A stretch of 64,000 bases of DNA. It comes from an uncultured delta proteobacterium (GTDB lineage: Bacteria > Desulfobacterota > Binatia > UBA9968). The position numbers were made by a program, and so were the translations under genes. Shown one piece after another: positions 43,476-52,054 of this stretch. The DNA lies in NCBI GenBank assembly GCA_963745035.1, contig CAVUVW010000017.1, positions 160,001 to 224,000 of the forward strand, in the 5' to 3' direction. Numbering within the stretch: position 1 is the first letter of the stretch; every line of letters starts with the position of its first letter. The notes beneath the pieces were generated by a model. It was not told the origin of the DNA, did no database searches, and was given only the letters and a program-made list of their open reading frames with translations.

Positions 43476-44459
43476 TCATCTTATGACGCGATCCGCTCTC
43501 GCCAGCACATTGGGTGGAATCGTCAGGCCGATTTGCTTGGCCGCTTTGAGGTTGATCACCAGCTCAAATTTAGTTGGCTGCTCGACAGGCAAATCGGCGG
43601 GCTTCGCGCCTTTAAGAATTTTGTCTACGTACGTGGCGGCGCGCCGGAACAAGTCGGTAAAACTGACGCCGTAGCTCATAAGCCCTCCGTTTCCCACCCA
43701 CTCGGAGTGCCAGTAAATGACTGGGAGCCGGCTCTCTACCGCGAGTTCTGCAACCTGTGTTCGATGAGAATTGAGGATGGAGCTCGGCAGCACGAGGACT
43801 GCGTCAGCACGTCCTTTGCTAGCGGCTCGGAATGCAGTCCCAATATCCTTTGGACCTAGTACGTCTAGGGATTGAAGCTGCACGTTGAGCGCTTCAGTGG
43901 CCAGTTCCGTTTCTCGTAACACTTGTGCGTTGCCTGGTTCGGTCGAGTTGCCGAGGACACCCACGCGGGAGAGTCTAGGAACAGTCTCCTTCAGAAGCTC
44001 CAGTCGTTTCCCGCTTAAGTCTGAGGAGAGGTTCGACAATCCCGTGATGTTATTACCAGGCCGCGCCAGGCTGGCGACGAATCCATTGCCCACCGGATCG
44101 GTATCCTGCGCCATGACGATGGGAATCGTAGAAGTTGCTTCCTTGATGGGACGGGTTGATTGCGGTCCACCCGAGACGACGATGTCAACCTTGAGACGCA
44201 CTAGTTCAGCCGCGATCGCGGGCAGCCGATCAAATTTTCCCTCTGCATAGCGCCACTCAATCACAATGTTTTTCCCCTCTATGTACCCAAGCTCGTGCAG
44301 TCCCCGCCGGAAGGCCTCGGTGCGGGCGACGTTCGTGGCAGGGGAGCCAGCAGTTAGGTATCCAATCCGAGCAACTTTCGCCGGCTGCTGCGCCTGAGCG
44401 GACGAGCAAAGCGCATAAAGCATGGCGCAAAGGGTCAGACGAAGAGAGTTTTTCCTCAT
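43476..44459 (-). CDS. Array unit U24 (first in transcription order), intact
   Basis: MRKNSLRLTLCAMLYAL start behind AAGGA; no repeat element upstream. Confidence 0.9.
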   Translation of the reverse strand: MRKNSLRLTLCAMLYALCSSAQAQQPAKVARIGYLTAGSPATNVARTEAFRRGLHELGYIEGKNIVIEWRYAEGKFDRLPAIAAELVRLKVDIVVSGGPQSTRPIKEATSTIPIVMAQDTDPVGNGFVASLARPGNNITGLSNLSSDLSGKRLELLKETVPRLSRVGVLGNSTEPGNAQVLRETELATEALNVQLQSLDVLGPKDIGTAFRAASKGRADAVLVLPSSILNSHRTQVAELAVESRLPVIYWHSEWVGNGGLMSYGVSFTDLFRRAATYVDKILKGAKPADLPVEQPTKFELVINLKAAKQIGLTIPPNVLARADRVIR

Positions 44460-44720
44460 GCGTTTCCTTGCTCTCTGCCCGTGGAGTCGCCTTGTTAGGA
44501 GCACGAACAGTGCCACGATCGACTCATCGATATCTCCCAGGAGAGCCGTGAATTTGCTGAAGAGTTTCTGATGCTGGGGATCGCACAGACGAATCCAGCG
44601 ATGTGAGCGAGCCGAATTGATACGGGGAGTAGCTATCTTGATTCATCGCCTTTCGGCCGGCGCGATGGCCAGAACGAGCAGCGAGGGAAGGCGACTTAAG
44701 TCCAACTCGGGATCTCATCC

Positions 44721-44760
44721 AAAAAAAAGGCCCAAGCGGTATGAAACCGTTCGGGCCTTT
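44721..44760 (-). terminator. Intrinsic terminator-like hairpin
   Basis: aaaggcccaagcggt-atgaa-accgttcgggccttt with an A8 run (U-tract on minus strand). Confidence 0.6.
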
Positions 44761-45079
44761 GTATTATCAGTCTATGGTGCCAGCCTGAGCAGCGTCAGCC
44801 GGTATTCGATTGAGTGAGGTTATCCCACGCTCGTCACAGGGCTGTCAATCTCAATGAAAAGCGCTGGCCGTGTTCTGCCTCGAGCTTCCCGGATCGCTTG
44901 ACAGGCCGATTGTGCTGAAATATCTCTCGATGAACATCGCACGGCAGAGCAAATACAGAAATTCCACCACGAAGGCACGAAGGACACGAAGGTTTCGTAG
45001 GATGCGCTCCGCGCACCGATCGTCGTACCGGAGAGCCGCGATATATTCAACGTAAACGGTACAGAGAGGAACTTGAAAC

Positions 45080-46273
45080 ATGAGCATCAGAGGAAAAACT
45101 GCCGTTGTCGGCATCGGCGAGACGCCGACCGATCGGCTCGGCAGCAAGCCTGGCGAAGCGAGAAAATCCACGGCGGAATATCTCGCCTGGGCGGCGCGCC
45201 TGGCGATGGAAGACGCCGGCCTGACCAAGAAAGACTTCGACGGCCAGGGTCTCGCCGCGATTTATACGACGAATCATTCACAACCGTTTTGGCCCGAGGA
45301 AGTGGCGGCGATCCTCGGCATTACGCCGGCAGTGTCACTGGCGGGAGGCAATGGCGGCGCCAGCTCGGTTTCGTTGCTCGGTCATGCCGCCGCGGCGATC
45401 ACCGCGGGTTTGTGCGATCTCGTCCTGGTCATCGCCGCCGCAGCTCCGTTCAGCGAACGCGGCGGACACCGGGGCGCCCACGCCGACACGCGCGACTACG
45501 AAATGCCCTTCGGCGTCATGGGGCCGAACTGCAAAATTTCATTCGTCATGAGCCGCTACATGCACGAATCGGGCATGACCGAAGAGCACTTCGGCAAGAT
45601 CGCCGTGACCGGGCGCTATCACGCTTCGCTCAACCCCAACGCCTATTTGAGAAAGCCCATCACGATCGAGGACTACAAGAAGTCGCGCATGATCTCCGAT
45701 CCGATTCGGCTGTTCGATTGCGTCATGCCGGCCAACGGCGGCAAGGCGTACATCATGACCTCGGCGGAGCGCGCCAAGAGCATGCGCAAGAAGCCGGTCT
45801 ATTTGCTCGGCTGGGGCGAGTGCAACAACGCCAGCTACGGGCCGCGCTACCGGGCTAATCCGCTCATCACCGGCATCACGCAAGCCGGCAAACGCGCGTT
45901 CGAAATGTCGGGTGTCGCGCACAAGGACATCCGCTGCCTGAATCTCTATGACGATTACATTCCGATCGTCATGATCCAGATCGAAGACCTCGGCTTCTGC
46001 GGCAGGAACGACAAAGCATTCTTTGAAAAGACCGATTTCACTTTCAAAGGCGACCTGCCGATTCAGACCAGCGGTGGCATGATCAACTGCGGTCAGCCGT
46101 CAACGACCGGGGGCATGCTGCACGTCCTCGAGACCGTCCGGCAGATCCGCGGCGAAGGCGGCGACCGGCAAGTTCCGAATATCAAGTTCGGCATCAGCAC
46201 CGGCGTCGGCGCAGTGAACTATGGCAAAAATTTCGGCTGCACCGCCGCGGCAATCTTAGGGAGTGAAGCGTAG
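45080..46273 (+). CDS. Thiolase family protein (SCP2/non-specific lipid-transfer type)
   Basis: TAVVGIGET, ASLNPNA, ISDPIRLFDC, LPIQTSGG. Confidence 0.88.
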   Translation: MSIRGKTAVVGIGETPTDRLGSKPGEARKSTAEYLAWAARLAMEDAGLTKKDFDGQGLAAIYTTNHSQPFWPEEVAAILGITPAVSLAGGNGGASSVSLLGHAAAAITAGLCDLVLVIAAAAPFSERGGHRGAHADTRDYEMPFGVMGPNCKISFVMSRYMHESGMTEEHFGKIAVTGRYHASLNPNAYLRKPITIEDYKKSRMISDPIRLFDCVMPANGGKAYIMTSAERAKSMRKKPVYLLGWGECNNASYGPRYRANPLITGITQAGKRAFEMSGVAHKDIRCLNLYDDYIPIVMIQIEDLGFCGRNDKAFFEKTDFTFKGDLPIQTSGGMINCGQPSTTGGMLHVLETVRQIRGEGGDRQVPNIKFGISTGVGAVNYGKNFGCTAAAILGSEA

Positions 46274-46283
46274 CTGAGCAATC

Positions 46284-46371
46284 TTCACCGCCGAGACGCA
46301 GAGAACGCAGAGTCGAGAATTTTCCGAATCAAAAACTTTCTTCTCCGCGTCCTCTGCGTCTCCGCGGTGAG
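46284..46371. repeat. CACCGC(A/C)GAG-family palindromic element
   Basis: ttcaccgccgagacgcagagaacgcagag ... ctccgcgtcctctgcgtctccgcggtgag. Confidence 0.8.
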
Positions 46372-46388
46372 AAAATCAGGAGTTGCCA

Positions 46389-46817
46389 ATGGCAGAAGAA
46401 AAAGCGATCAAAAAACCTCTCCCTGAAATCACTCCGGTAAATCAACCGTTCTGGGACGGCGCCAAGGCCGGAAAACTGATGATGCAAAAGTGCGGCAATT
46501 GCAGCACGTGGGTGTTTCCGCCGCGCCCGGTGTGCGGCGATTGCGCCAGCGAAAAGCTCGAATGGATAGCGGTGAGCGGCAAAGGCAAAGTCTTTTGCTT
46601 CACCGTCATCCGCGAAGTGGTCGGCACCGCCCTCCGCGGTTTCGGCCCCGACATTCCCTATGTCACCGCCTGGGTGGATCTCGACGACGGCCCGCGCTTT
46701 TGCAGCAACATCGTCAACTGCCCCATCGACAAGGTCCACATCGACATGCCCGTCGAAGTATTGTTCGAAGACAGCGGCGATGGCATCACCTTGCCGAAGT
46801 TCAAACCGGCAGCGTAA
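46389..46817 (+). CDS. Zn-ribbon/OB-fold (DUF35/ChsH2-like) thiolase partner
   Basis: PFWDGAKAGKLMMQKCGNC...PPRPVCGDC...SGKGKVFCFTV. Confidence 0.9.
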   Translation: MAEEKAIKKPLPEITPVNQPFWDGAKAGKLMMQKCGNCSTWVFPPRPVCGDCASEKLEWIAVSGKGKVFCFTVIREVVGTALRGFGPDIPYVTAWVDLDDGPRFCSNIVNCPIDKVHIDMPVEVLFEDSGDGITLPKFKPAA

Positions 46818-46827
46818 AAAGTGTGGG

Positions 46828-46924
46828 TTCAAAACGTTCAAGCCGTTCAAATAGTTCAAACGGTTTGAACGGAGATCGCGAAGCGATCGGTTGAACGGAG
46901 CGCAGCGGTTGAACGTTTTGAACG
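46828..46924. repeat. 9-mer GTTCAA-unit inverted repeat element
   Basis: gttcaaaacgttcaagccgttcaaatagttcaaa ... ttgaacggagcgcagcggttgaacgttttgaac. Confidence 0.8.
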
Positions 46925-46932
46925 TACCGGGA

Positions 46933-47796
46933 TTATCGCGCGGTAATCACCGCGATTCCCGCCACCAGCAGGATCACGCCGATCACTACGTTCTTGGTGA
47001 TCTTTTCTTCGCCGCGTAGAAACAACGCGCTGAGACCGATGACGAACAGCGGCGTGGTGTTGATGATCGGGCTCACCACCGAAACCTGTCCTTTGTGCAG
47101 CGCGATGAACGTGCACACCTGACCCAATAGCGCAAAGATCGCCGCGCCGCCGTAGTAGGGCAGGCTGGCGCGATTGATCTTCAGCGAGCCGATATTTCCG
47201 GACACCGACATCGACACGAGCAGACAGACAAACGACGTCGCGCTGCTGACCGTCGAGGCTACCAGCGGCGAATCGATCGTCAGCAGTCCCATCTTGCGAA
47301 TGTTCTGCGACACCGAGGCCAACACGGCCGCACCGAGAGGAAACAGGAGATCGATTTTGCGCCACTCGGCTTCCCCTTCCCTCTTGTAAGAAACCAGCCA
47401 AGTCCCGGCCACGGTCAGAGCGGCGCCGGCATAGACGAACATTCCGGGGCGTTCGCTGAGCGCGAAGAAGGCAATGGCCATGGTGAACAGCGGCGCGGTT
47501 CCGCGCACCGGTCCCGCCCGCGACACCCCGAGCCGGACGATACCCACGTAAAACAGCACGCGCACGATGGCCGGCTGGATCAAGCCGCTGGCGACGAAAT
47601 ACAAATTCGCCGGATGAAAGATGGTCGAGACGGGATATGCGAGAAAGATATACGGAACCAAGACCGCTACGCAGACGAGAAAACTGATGAAAGCCGCGGT
47701 CGATGCATTCGAGTACGCGGTTCCTTTGCGCACCAGAATCGAGTCCACCGCCCAAGCCGCGGCGGACACGATAGCCCAAAGAATTTCGCTGGTCAT
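46933..47796 (-). CDS. DMT/EamA family transporter
   Basis: About 10 TM helices in two EamA-like halves; VSVVSPIINTTPLF. Confidence 0.85.
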   Translation of the reverse strand: MTSEILWAIVSAAAWAVDSILVRKGTAYSNASTAAFISFLVCVAVLVPYIFLAYPVSTIFHPANLYFVASGLIQPAIVRVLFYVGIVRLGVSRAGPVRGTAPLFTMAIAFFALSERPGMFVYAGAALTVAGTWLVSYKREGEAEWRKIDLLFPLGAAVLASVSQNIRKMGLLTIDSPLVASTVSSATSFVCLLVSMSVSGNIGSLKINRASLPYYGGAAIFALLGQVCTFIALHKGQVSVVSPIINTTPLFVIGLSALFLRGEEKITKNVVIGVILLVAGIAVITAR

Positions 47797-47873
47797 AACC
47801 AAGTTGCCGGACTCGATAATAGAAAAAACTTGTAGCACATCGCGGCAAAGCCGCAACCAAACTACATATCTAT

Positions 47874-48208
47874 TTCACCGCAGAGGCGCAGAGTTCGCAG
47901 AGTTTGGTTCATTGATTAAAAGTTTTGCTCGGCGTACTCCGCGTCTCCGCGGTAAATTTTCTTCTTGGTTGATAAGTTATACAACTCGCTAACGCAACAG
48001 ACCGAACCGATCGCCATTCGAGAGTTGTAATGGCTGTTATGGATCTTATTCACCGCAGAGGCGCAGAGTTCGTAGAGTTTGGTTCATTGATCAAAAGTTT
48101 TGCTCGGCGTACTCCGCGTCTCCGCGGTAAATTTTCTTCTTGTCCGAACAGTAACACAGCTCGCCGGCGCAAGATCCCGACCCGATCGCCGTTCGAGAGT
48201 TGTAATGG
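47874..48208. repeat. Tandem duplication (175-nt period) containing a CACCGCAGAG palindrome
   Basis: 47874-48033 and 48049-48208 are nearly identical at both ends. Confidence 0.85.
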
Positions 48209-48269
48209 AAGTTTTGCCCATATATGTTGACGCGCAATAGCCATTTCGTCGGGGAGCTTTTCGATAATC

Positions 48270-48830
48270 GTGAAAAAACTTTTGGGGTTGTTTGTCATGA
48301 GCGGCGCAGTTTTGGCCGCTCTGTTTTTTTTGACTAGCCTCGCGCGCGTCGGCGGTGGAACGGCGTCGCAAGCCGTCACTCTGAAGCCAGGCTCGAACGT
48401 TCAAGAAGGATCGATCGTCTCCATCGAGTACACGCTTACCGACGATGACGGCAAAGTCATCGACACCAACGTCGGCAAGGAACCGCTGACATTCATTCAG
48501 GGCGCGGGACAGATCGTCAGCGGCCTGGAAAAAGAGCTACAAGGCTTGAAACCCGGCGACAAAAAGAAAGTACAAGTGAAACCGGAAGATGGTTACGGCA
48601 TGCCGAGCCAGCAGGCGTTTCAGGAAATGCCGCGCGAAAATATTCCCGCCGAGGCGCAGAAACCGGGCGTCACCTTGATGGCCAAGGGCCCCGATGGACG
48701 AGCGATTCCGATCCGCGTCCACGAAGTCAAAGAAAAAACCGTGGTCGTCGACTTCAATCACCCGCTCGCGGGAAAGACGCTGAATTTCGACGTGAAGATC
48801 AAAGACATCAAGGCAGCGGAAAAAAGATAG
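48270..48830 (+). CDS. SlyD-type FKBP peptidyl-prolyl isomerase with N-terminal signal/TM segment
   Basis: VSIEYTL, GLEKEL, PEDGYG, VDFNHPLAGKTLNFDVKI. Confidence 0.88.
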   Translation: MKKLLGLFVMSGAVLAALFFLTSLARVGGGTASQAVTLKPGSNVQEGSIVSIEYTLTDDDGKVIDTNVGKEPLTFIQGAGQIVSGLEKELQGLKPGDKKKVQVKPEDGYGMPSQQAFQEMPRENIPAEAQKPGVTLMAKGPDGRAIPIRVHEVKEKTVVVDFNHPLAGKTLNFDVKIKDIKAAEKR

Positions 48831-48894
48831 ACGCGCTCCAAGGTTCAAGCCCTGGAGTTGGATGTCTCCACCACTCCATCACTCCAATCCTCTC

Positions 48895-50163
48895 ATGCGT
48901 CCCGCGTTCTTCTACGGCTACGTCATACTCGCTCTGTGTTTTGCCAACATGATCGTCATGCGCGGCGTCAACGGCGCCTTCGGTGTCTATTACCTCGCTC
49001 TGTTGGAGGAATTTTCCTGGTCGCGCAGCGACGGCGCAACCATAGCGTCGGCGAATTTTTTCGTTTACGCGATCGCCTCGCCGCTCGTCGGCCTCGCGTT
49101 CGATAAATTCGGCCCGCGTCTGCTGATGCCGCTCGGCGCGTTCTTGGTCGGCGCCGGATTGGTGGCATCCTCTTTCGCGACTTCACTTTTGGGCATGTAC
49201 CTCTCCTACGGCATCGTCACCGCGCTCGGCCAAGGCGCCTTGAGCTTCGTCGGCCATAACGCGCTTATCTCGTTTTGGTTCGTGCGCCGTCGCGCCACCG
49301 CGATCGGCATCGCTTCCATGGGCCAGGGCGTAGGCGCGCTCGTGATGGTGCCGCTGACCCAGCTCTTGATCGACAACTTCGGCTGGCGTTGGACCTACAT
49401 CGCCACGGGGAGCTTGTGCCTGCTCATTTTGGTGCCGGCAAACGCGCTTTTCCAGCGCCGCGCGCCGCAAGACGTCGGCCAATTTCCGGACGGCGATGAA
49501 ACGCCACCAGCGGCGCAGCACCAGGGGCGGCATTCGTCGAAACCCGCAGGCAACCACGATTGGACTCTCGCGCAGGCCGTGCGCTCGTTTCCCTTTTGGT
49601 GCATCACCATCGGCCATCTCGCGCTCGGCACGGCGCTCTTCTTGATCAATACCCACGCGATCGCTCATTTCGTCGCGGTCGGCTACGAGAAATTGGCGGC
49701 ATCATTTTACTTCGGCCTGATCGGCTTCATTCGCATCGGCGCGACGATCGTTTGGGGGTCCATCTCGGACCGGCTCGGCCGGAGCAAGACCTACGGCATC
49801 GCCACGCTCGTCACGGCGCTGGGCGTCGCGACCATGATCGCCATGACCATCGACGCGCCGCTATGGCTGGTCTATCTCACGGTTGCTCTCTACGGCATCG
49901 GCCACAGCGCCGGCAATCCGACCTATGGCGCGGTGATCGGCGATATCTTTTCCGGGCGAAAAATCGGCCTCATCTTCGGTTTCCTGGAAATCAGCTTCGG
50001 GTTCGGCAGCGCCTTCGGCTCGTGGATCGGCGGCTATCTGTTCGACACCACCGGCTCCTACGCTTGGGCCTTCGGCCTGTGTCTGGTCTGCTTCCTTATC
50101 TCGGGTCTGGCCATCCACACCTGCGTGCGCTGGCAGGAACGGCAAATCGGAGCCGGGAATTAG
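48895..50163 (+). CDS. MFS transporter
   Basis: About 12 TM helices; FDKFGPR and SDRLGRSK motif A. Confidence 0.9.
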   Translation: MRPAFFYGYVILALCFANMIVMRGVNGAFGVYYLALLEEFSWSRSDGATIASANFFVYAIASPLVGLAFDKFGPRLLMPLGAFLVGAGLVASSFATSLLGMYLSYGIVTALGQGALSFVGHNALISFWFVRRRATAIGIASMGQGVGALVMVPLTQLLIDNFGWRWTYIATGSLCLLILVPANALFQRRAPQDVGQFPDGDETPPAAQHQGRHSSKPAGNHDWTLAQAVRSFPFWCITIGHLALGTALFLINTHAIAHFVAVGYEKLAASFYFGLIGFIRIGATIVWGSISDRLGRSKTYGIATLVTALGVATMIAMTIDAPLWLVYLTVALYGIGHSAGNPTYGAVIGDIFSGRKIGLIFGFLEISFGFGSAFGSWIGGYLFDTTGSYAWAFGLCLVCFLISGLAIHTCVRWQERQIGAGN

Positions 50164-50166
50164 GAT

Positions 50167-50303
50167 GTTCAAGACGTTCAAACCGTTCAAGTAGTTCAAA
50201 TCGTATGAACCGAGATCACGGAGCGCCTCACGCGGCTTGAAGACCTATGAACTTACACGCGTCGAACCGGGCGAAGCGGTTGAACGGCTTGAACGTTTTG
50301 AAC
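50167..50303. repeat. 9-mer GTTCAA-unit inverted repeat element
   Basis: gttcaagacgttcaaaccgttcaagtagttcaaa ... gcggttgaacggcttgaacgttttgaac. Confidence 0.8.
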
Positions 50304-50332
50304 TAAGAGCCCAATGCTAGTATGAGGAAATT

Positions 50333-51325
50333 ATGAATTTCTGTCTGCATGGTTCGGCGCGCACGGTGCGCGAGGCGGTCGAGCGCGCGGTGCGCGCCGA
50401 GCAGCTTGGATTCGAGGCGATCTTTTTCGCCGACAGCCATATGAACAACGTCGATCCGTATCAGGCACTGGCGATGTGCGCTGTGAAAACGAAAAAAATC
50501 CGCTTCGGCACCGCGGTGACGAACATGGTGTACCGCGACCCGACCATCACGGCGAATTCGTTCGCCACCTTGAATGAAATTTCCGAAGGCCGCGCGATCA
50601 TCGGGCTCGGCACCGGCGACGGGCCGGTGTACAGTTTGGGCCGCACGGCAACGAAACTGATCGACTTCGAGAAGGGTCTGATTACGATTCGCGACTTGCT
50701 GCACGACCGCGGCATCGAGGTGCCGGACAGCAAGGAACGCTCGGGAGGAAACGTCAAGCTCAAGGCCGGAGCGCGCCCCGTGCCCATCTATATTTCCGCG
50801 GAGGGCCCGAAAACCCTTGCCGTCGCCGGCCGCACCTGCGACGGCGTCATTCTCGGCACCGGCTTCGACAAAGCCGTGACCGACTGGGCGCGCCAACGCA
50901 TCGGCGAAGGCGCGAAGTCGGCCGGCCGGCGCCTGGAGGAAATCGATATCATGCCGGCCGGCATGATCGTCGTCGACGACGACGGCGATCTCGCGCGCCG
51001 CCGGGTGCGCTCGCGCATGGCCAACCGCGCGCACCATAATTTTCGCTTTACCATGGAGACCGTTCCCGAAGGCGAAGCCGCGGGGGTCAAGCGTTTCATG
51101 GACAACTTCGATATCTCCAAGCCGATCGAAGAGCGCGTCGATCCGGATTTCGTCACCGACTATTTGCTCGAACGCTTCACCATCGCCGGCGCGCCCGAGG
51201 AGTGCATCGCCAAGGTGAAGCGGCTCGAGGCTGACGGCATCAAAAGAATCCTTCTGACGCCGCCCAACGCGATCTACGATCAAGTGATGGAAGCTTGGGG
51301 CAAGCGGGTGATTGCCGGATACTAA
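50333..51325 (+). CDS. LLM-class oxidoreductase (Mer-like)
   Basis: AEQLGFEAIFFADSH, GTAVTN, GLGTGD, AEGPKTL. Confidence 0.88.
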   Translation: MNFCLHGSARTVREAVERAVRAEQLGFEAIFFADSHMNNVDPYQALAMCAVKTKKIRFGTAVTNMVYRDPTITANSFATLNEISEGRAIIGLGTGDGPVYSLGRTATKLIDFEKGLITIRDLLHDRGIEVPDSKERSGGNVKLKAGARPVPIYISAEGPKTLAVAGRTCDGVILGTGFDKAVTDWARQRIGEGAKSAGRRLEEIDIMPAGMIVVDDDGDLARRRVRSRMANRAHHNFRFTMETVPEGEAAGVKRFMDNFDISKPIEERVDPDFVTDYLLERFTIAGAPEECIAKVKRLEADGIKRILLTPPNAIYDQVMEAWGKRVIAGY

Positions 51326-51413
51326 TTCGGGCAGAATCGGCGCGCGCATCGCGTTGAGTTCTCTGGCGCCGATGCTAAGCTAATCGAATTCATTCGTCGG
51401 GATGAGAGGTTCC

Positions 51414-52037
51414 ATGCGCATCGAATTATTTTTCGTCTACCTATTTTTTTCATTGCTCGCGGCCGCCGGATCGGCGCTCGCTGCGGAAAAGGCCAAAGAT
51501 GAGCGCGTCGTCAAGGATGGTCTGCTGATCAGCCTGGACTACACGCTCAAGAGCCCGGAAGGTAAGGTCCTGGAAACCAGCAAGGGGCGCGAGCCGCTCC
51601 GGTATATCCACGGGCAAAAGATGATGGTTCCGGGCCTTGAAAAAGAACTGACCGGCATGAAAGTCGGCGGCGAAAAGCATGTCACCGTCAAACCCGAGGA
51701 CGGTTACGGTAAAATCAACCCCAACGCCGTTCAGGAAGTTCCAAAAGAAAAGATTCCGGAAAATGCGCTCAAAGTCGGCGCCGTGCTGGCGGCTCGAAGT
51801 CCCGAGGGCGTGGTCGTGCCAATGACGGTCAAGCAAATCAAAGACAAAACGGTCGTAATGGACATGAACCATCCGATGGCGGGGAAAACCCTGGTTTTTG
51901 ACGTGAAGGTTGTCGACATCCAACCCGCGCCGCCACCGCCCTCGGCCCAACCTGCCAAGCCGGCGGCGCCGGCGAAACCTGTCGCGCCCGCAAAGCCAGC
52001 CGAGCCGGCGAAACCGCCGGAACCGGCGAAGAAGTAA
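51414..52037 (+). CDS. SlyD-type FKBP PPIase with signal peptide and Pro/Ala/Lys-rich tail
   Basis: ISLDYTL, PEDGYG, MDMNHPMAGKTLVFDVKV; tail (PAKP)n. Confidence 0.88.
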   Translation: MRIELFFVYLFFSLLAAAGSALAAEKAKDERVVKDGLLISLDYTLKSPEGKVLETSKGREPLRYIHGQKMMVPGLEKELTGMKVGGEKHVTVKPEDGYGKINPNAVQEVPKEKIPENALKVGAVLAARSPEGVVVPMTVKQIKDKTVVMDMNHPMAGKTLVFDVKVVDIQPAPPPPSAQPAKPAAPAKPVAPAKPAEPAKPPEPAKK

Positions 52038-52054
52038 CGCGCTGCGGAAAGATC

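Larger units (their letters stand above)
17410..44459 (-). repeat. Tandem array of 24 ABC_sub_bind-family SBP paralogs plus cargo
   Basis: About 1-kb period; recurring LVRLKVD, SLARPGGN(I/V)[33 protein letters not shown](E/Q)Q(P/A)TKFE, LARAD(K/R)VI(K/R)*. Confidence 0.95.

Noticed and set aside
21675-43859. Recurrent plus-strand ORFs ([10 protein letters not shown]..., MFPPGRARL...)
   Set aside because: Antisense shadows of the conserved SBP genes in GC-rich DNA.
17549-44459. Diversity-generating retroelement (FHB resembles Avd; many near-repeats)
   Set aside because: No reverse transcriptase in the window and no template/variable pair with evident adenine-restricted differences; the 3' ends are the most conserved part.
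17549-44459. CRISPR array or classical integron
   Set aside because: Repeats are coding with ~1-kb spacing; no cas or intI gene and no recognisable attC sites.
44770-44850. tRNA or att site suggested by TGGTGCC beside a terminator
   Set aside because: No T-loop or cloverleaf could be built on either strand.
51920-52035. Tandem repeats at the end of the second SlyD-like gene
   Set aside because: Ordinary low-complexity Pro/Ala/Lys coding tail.
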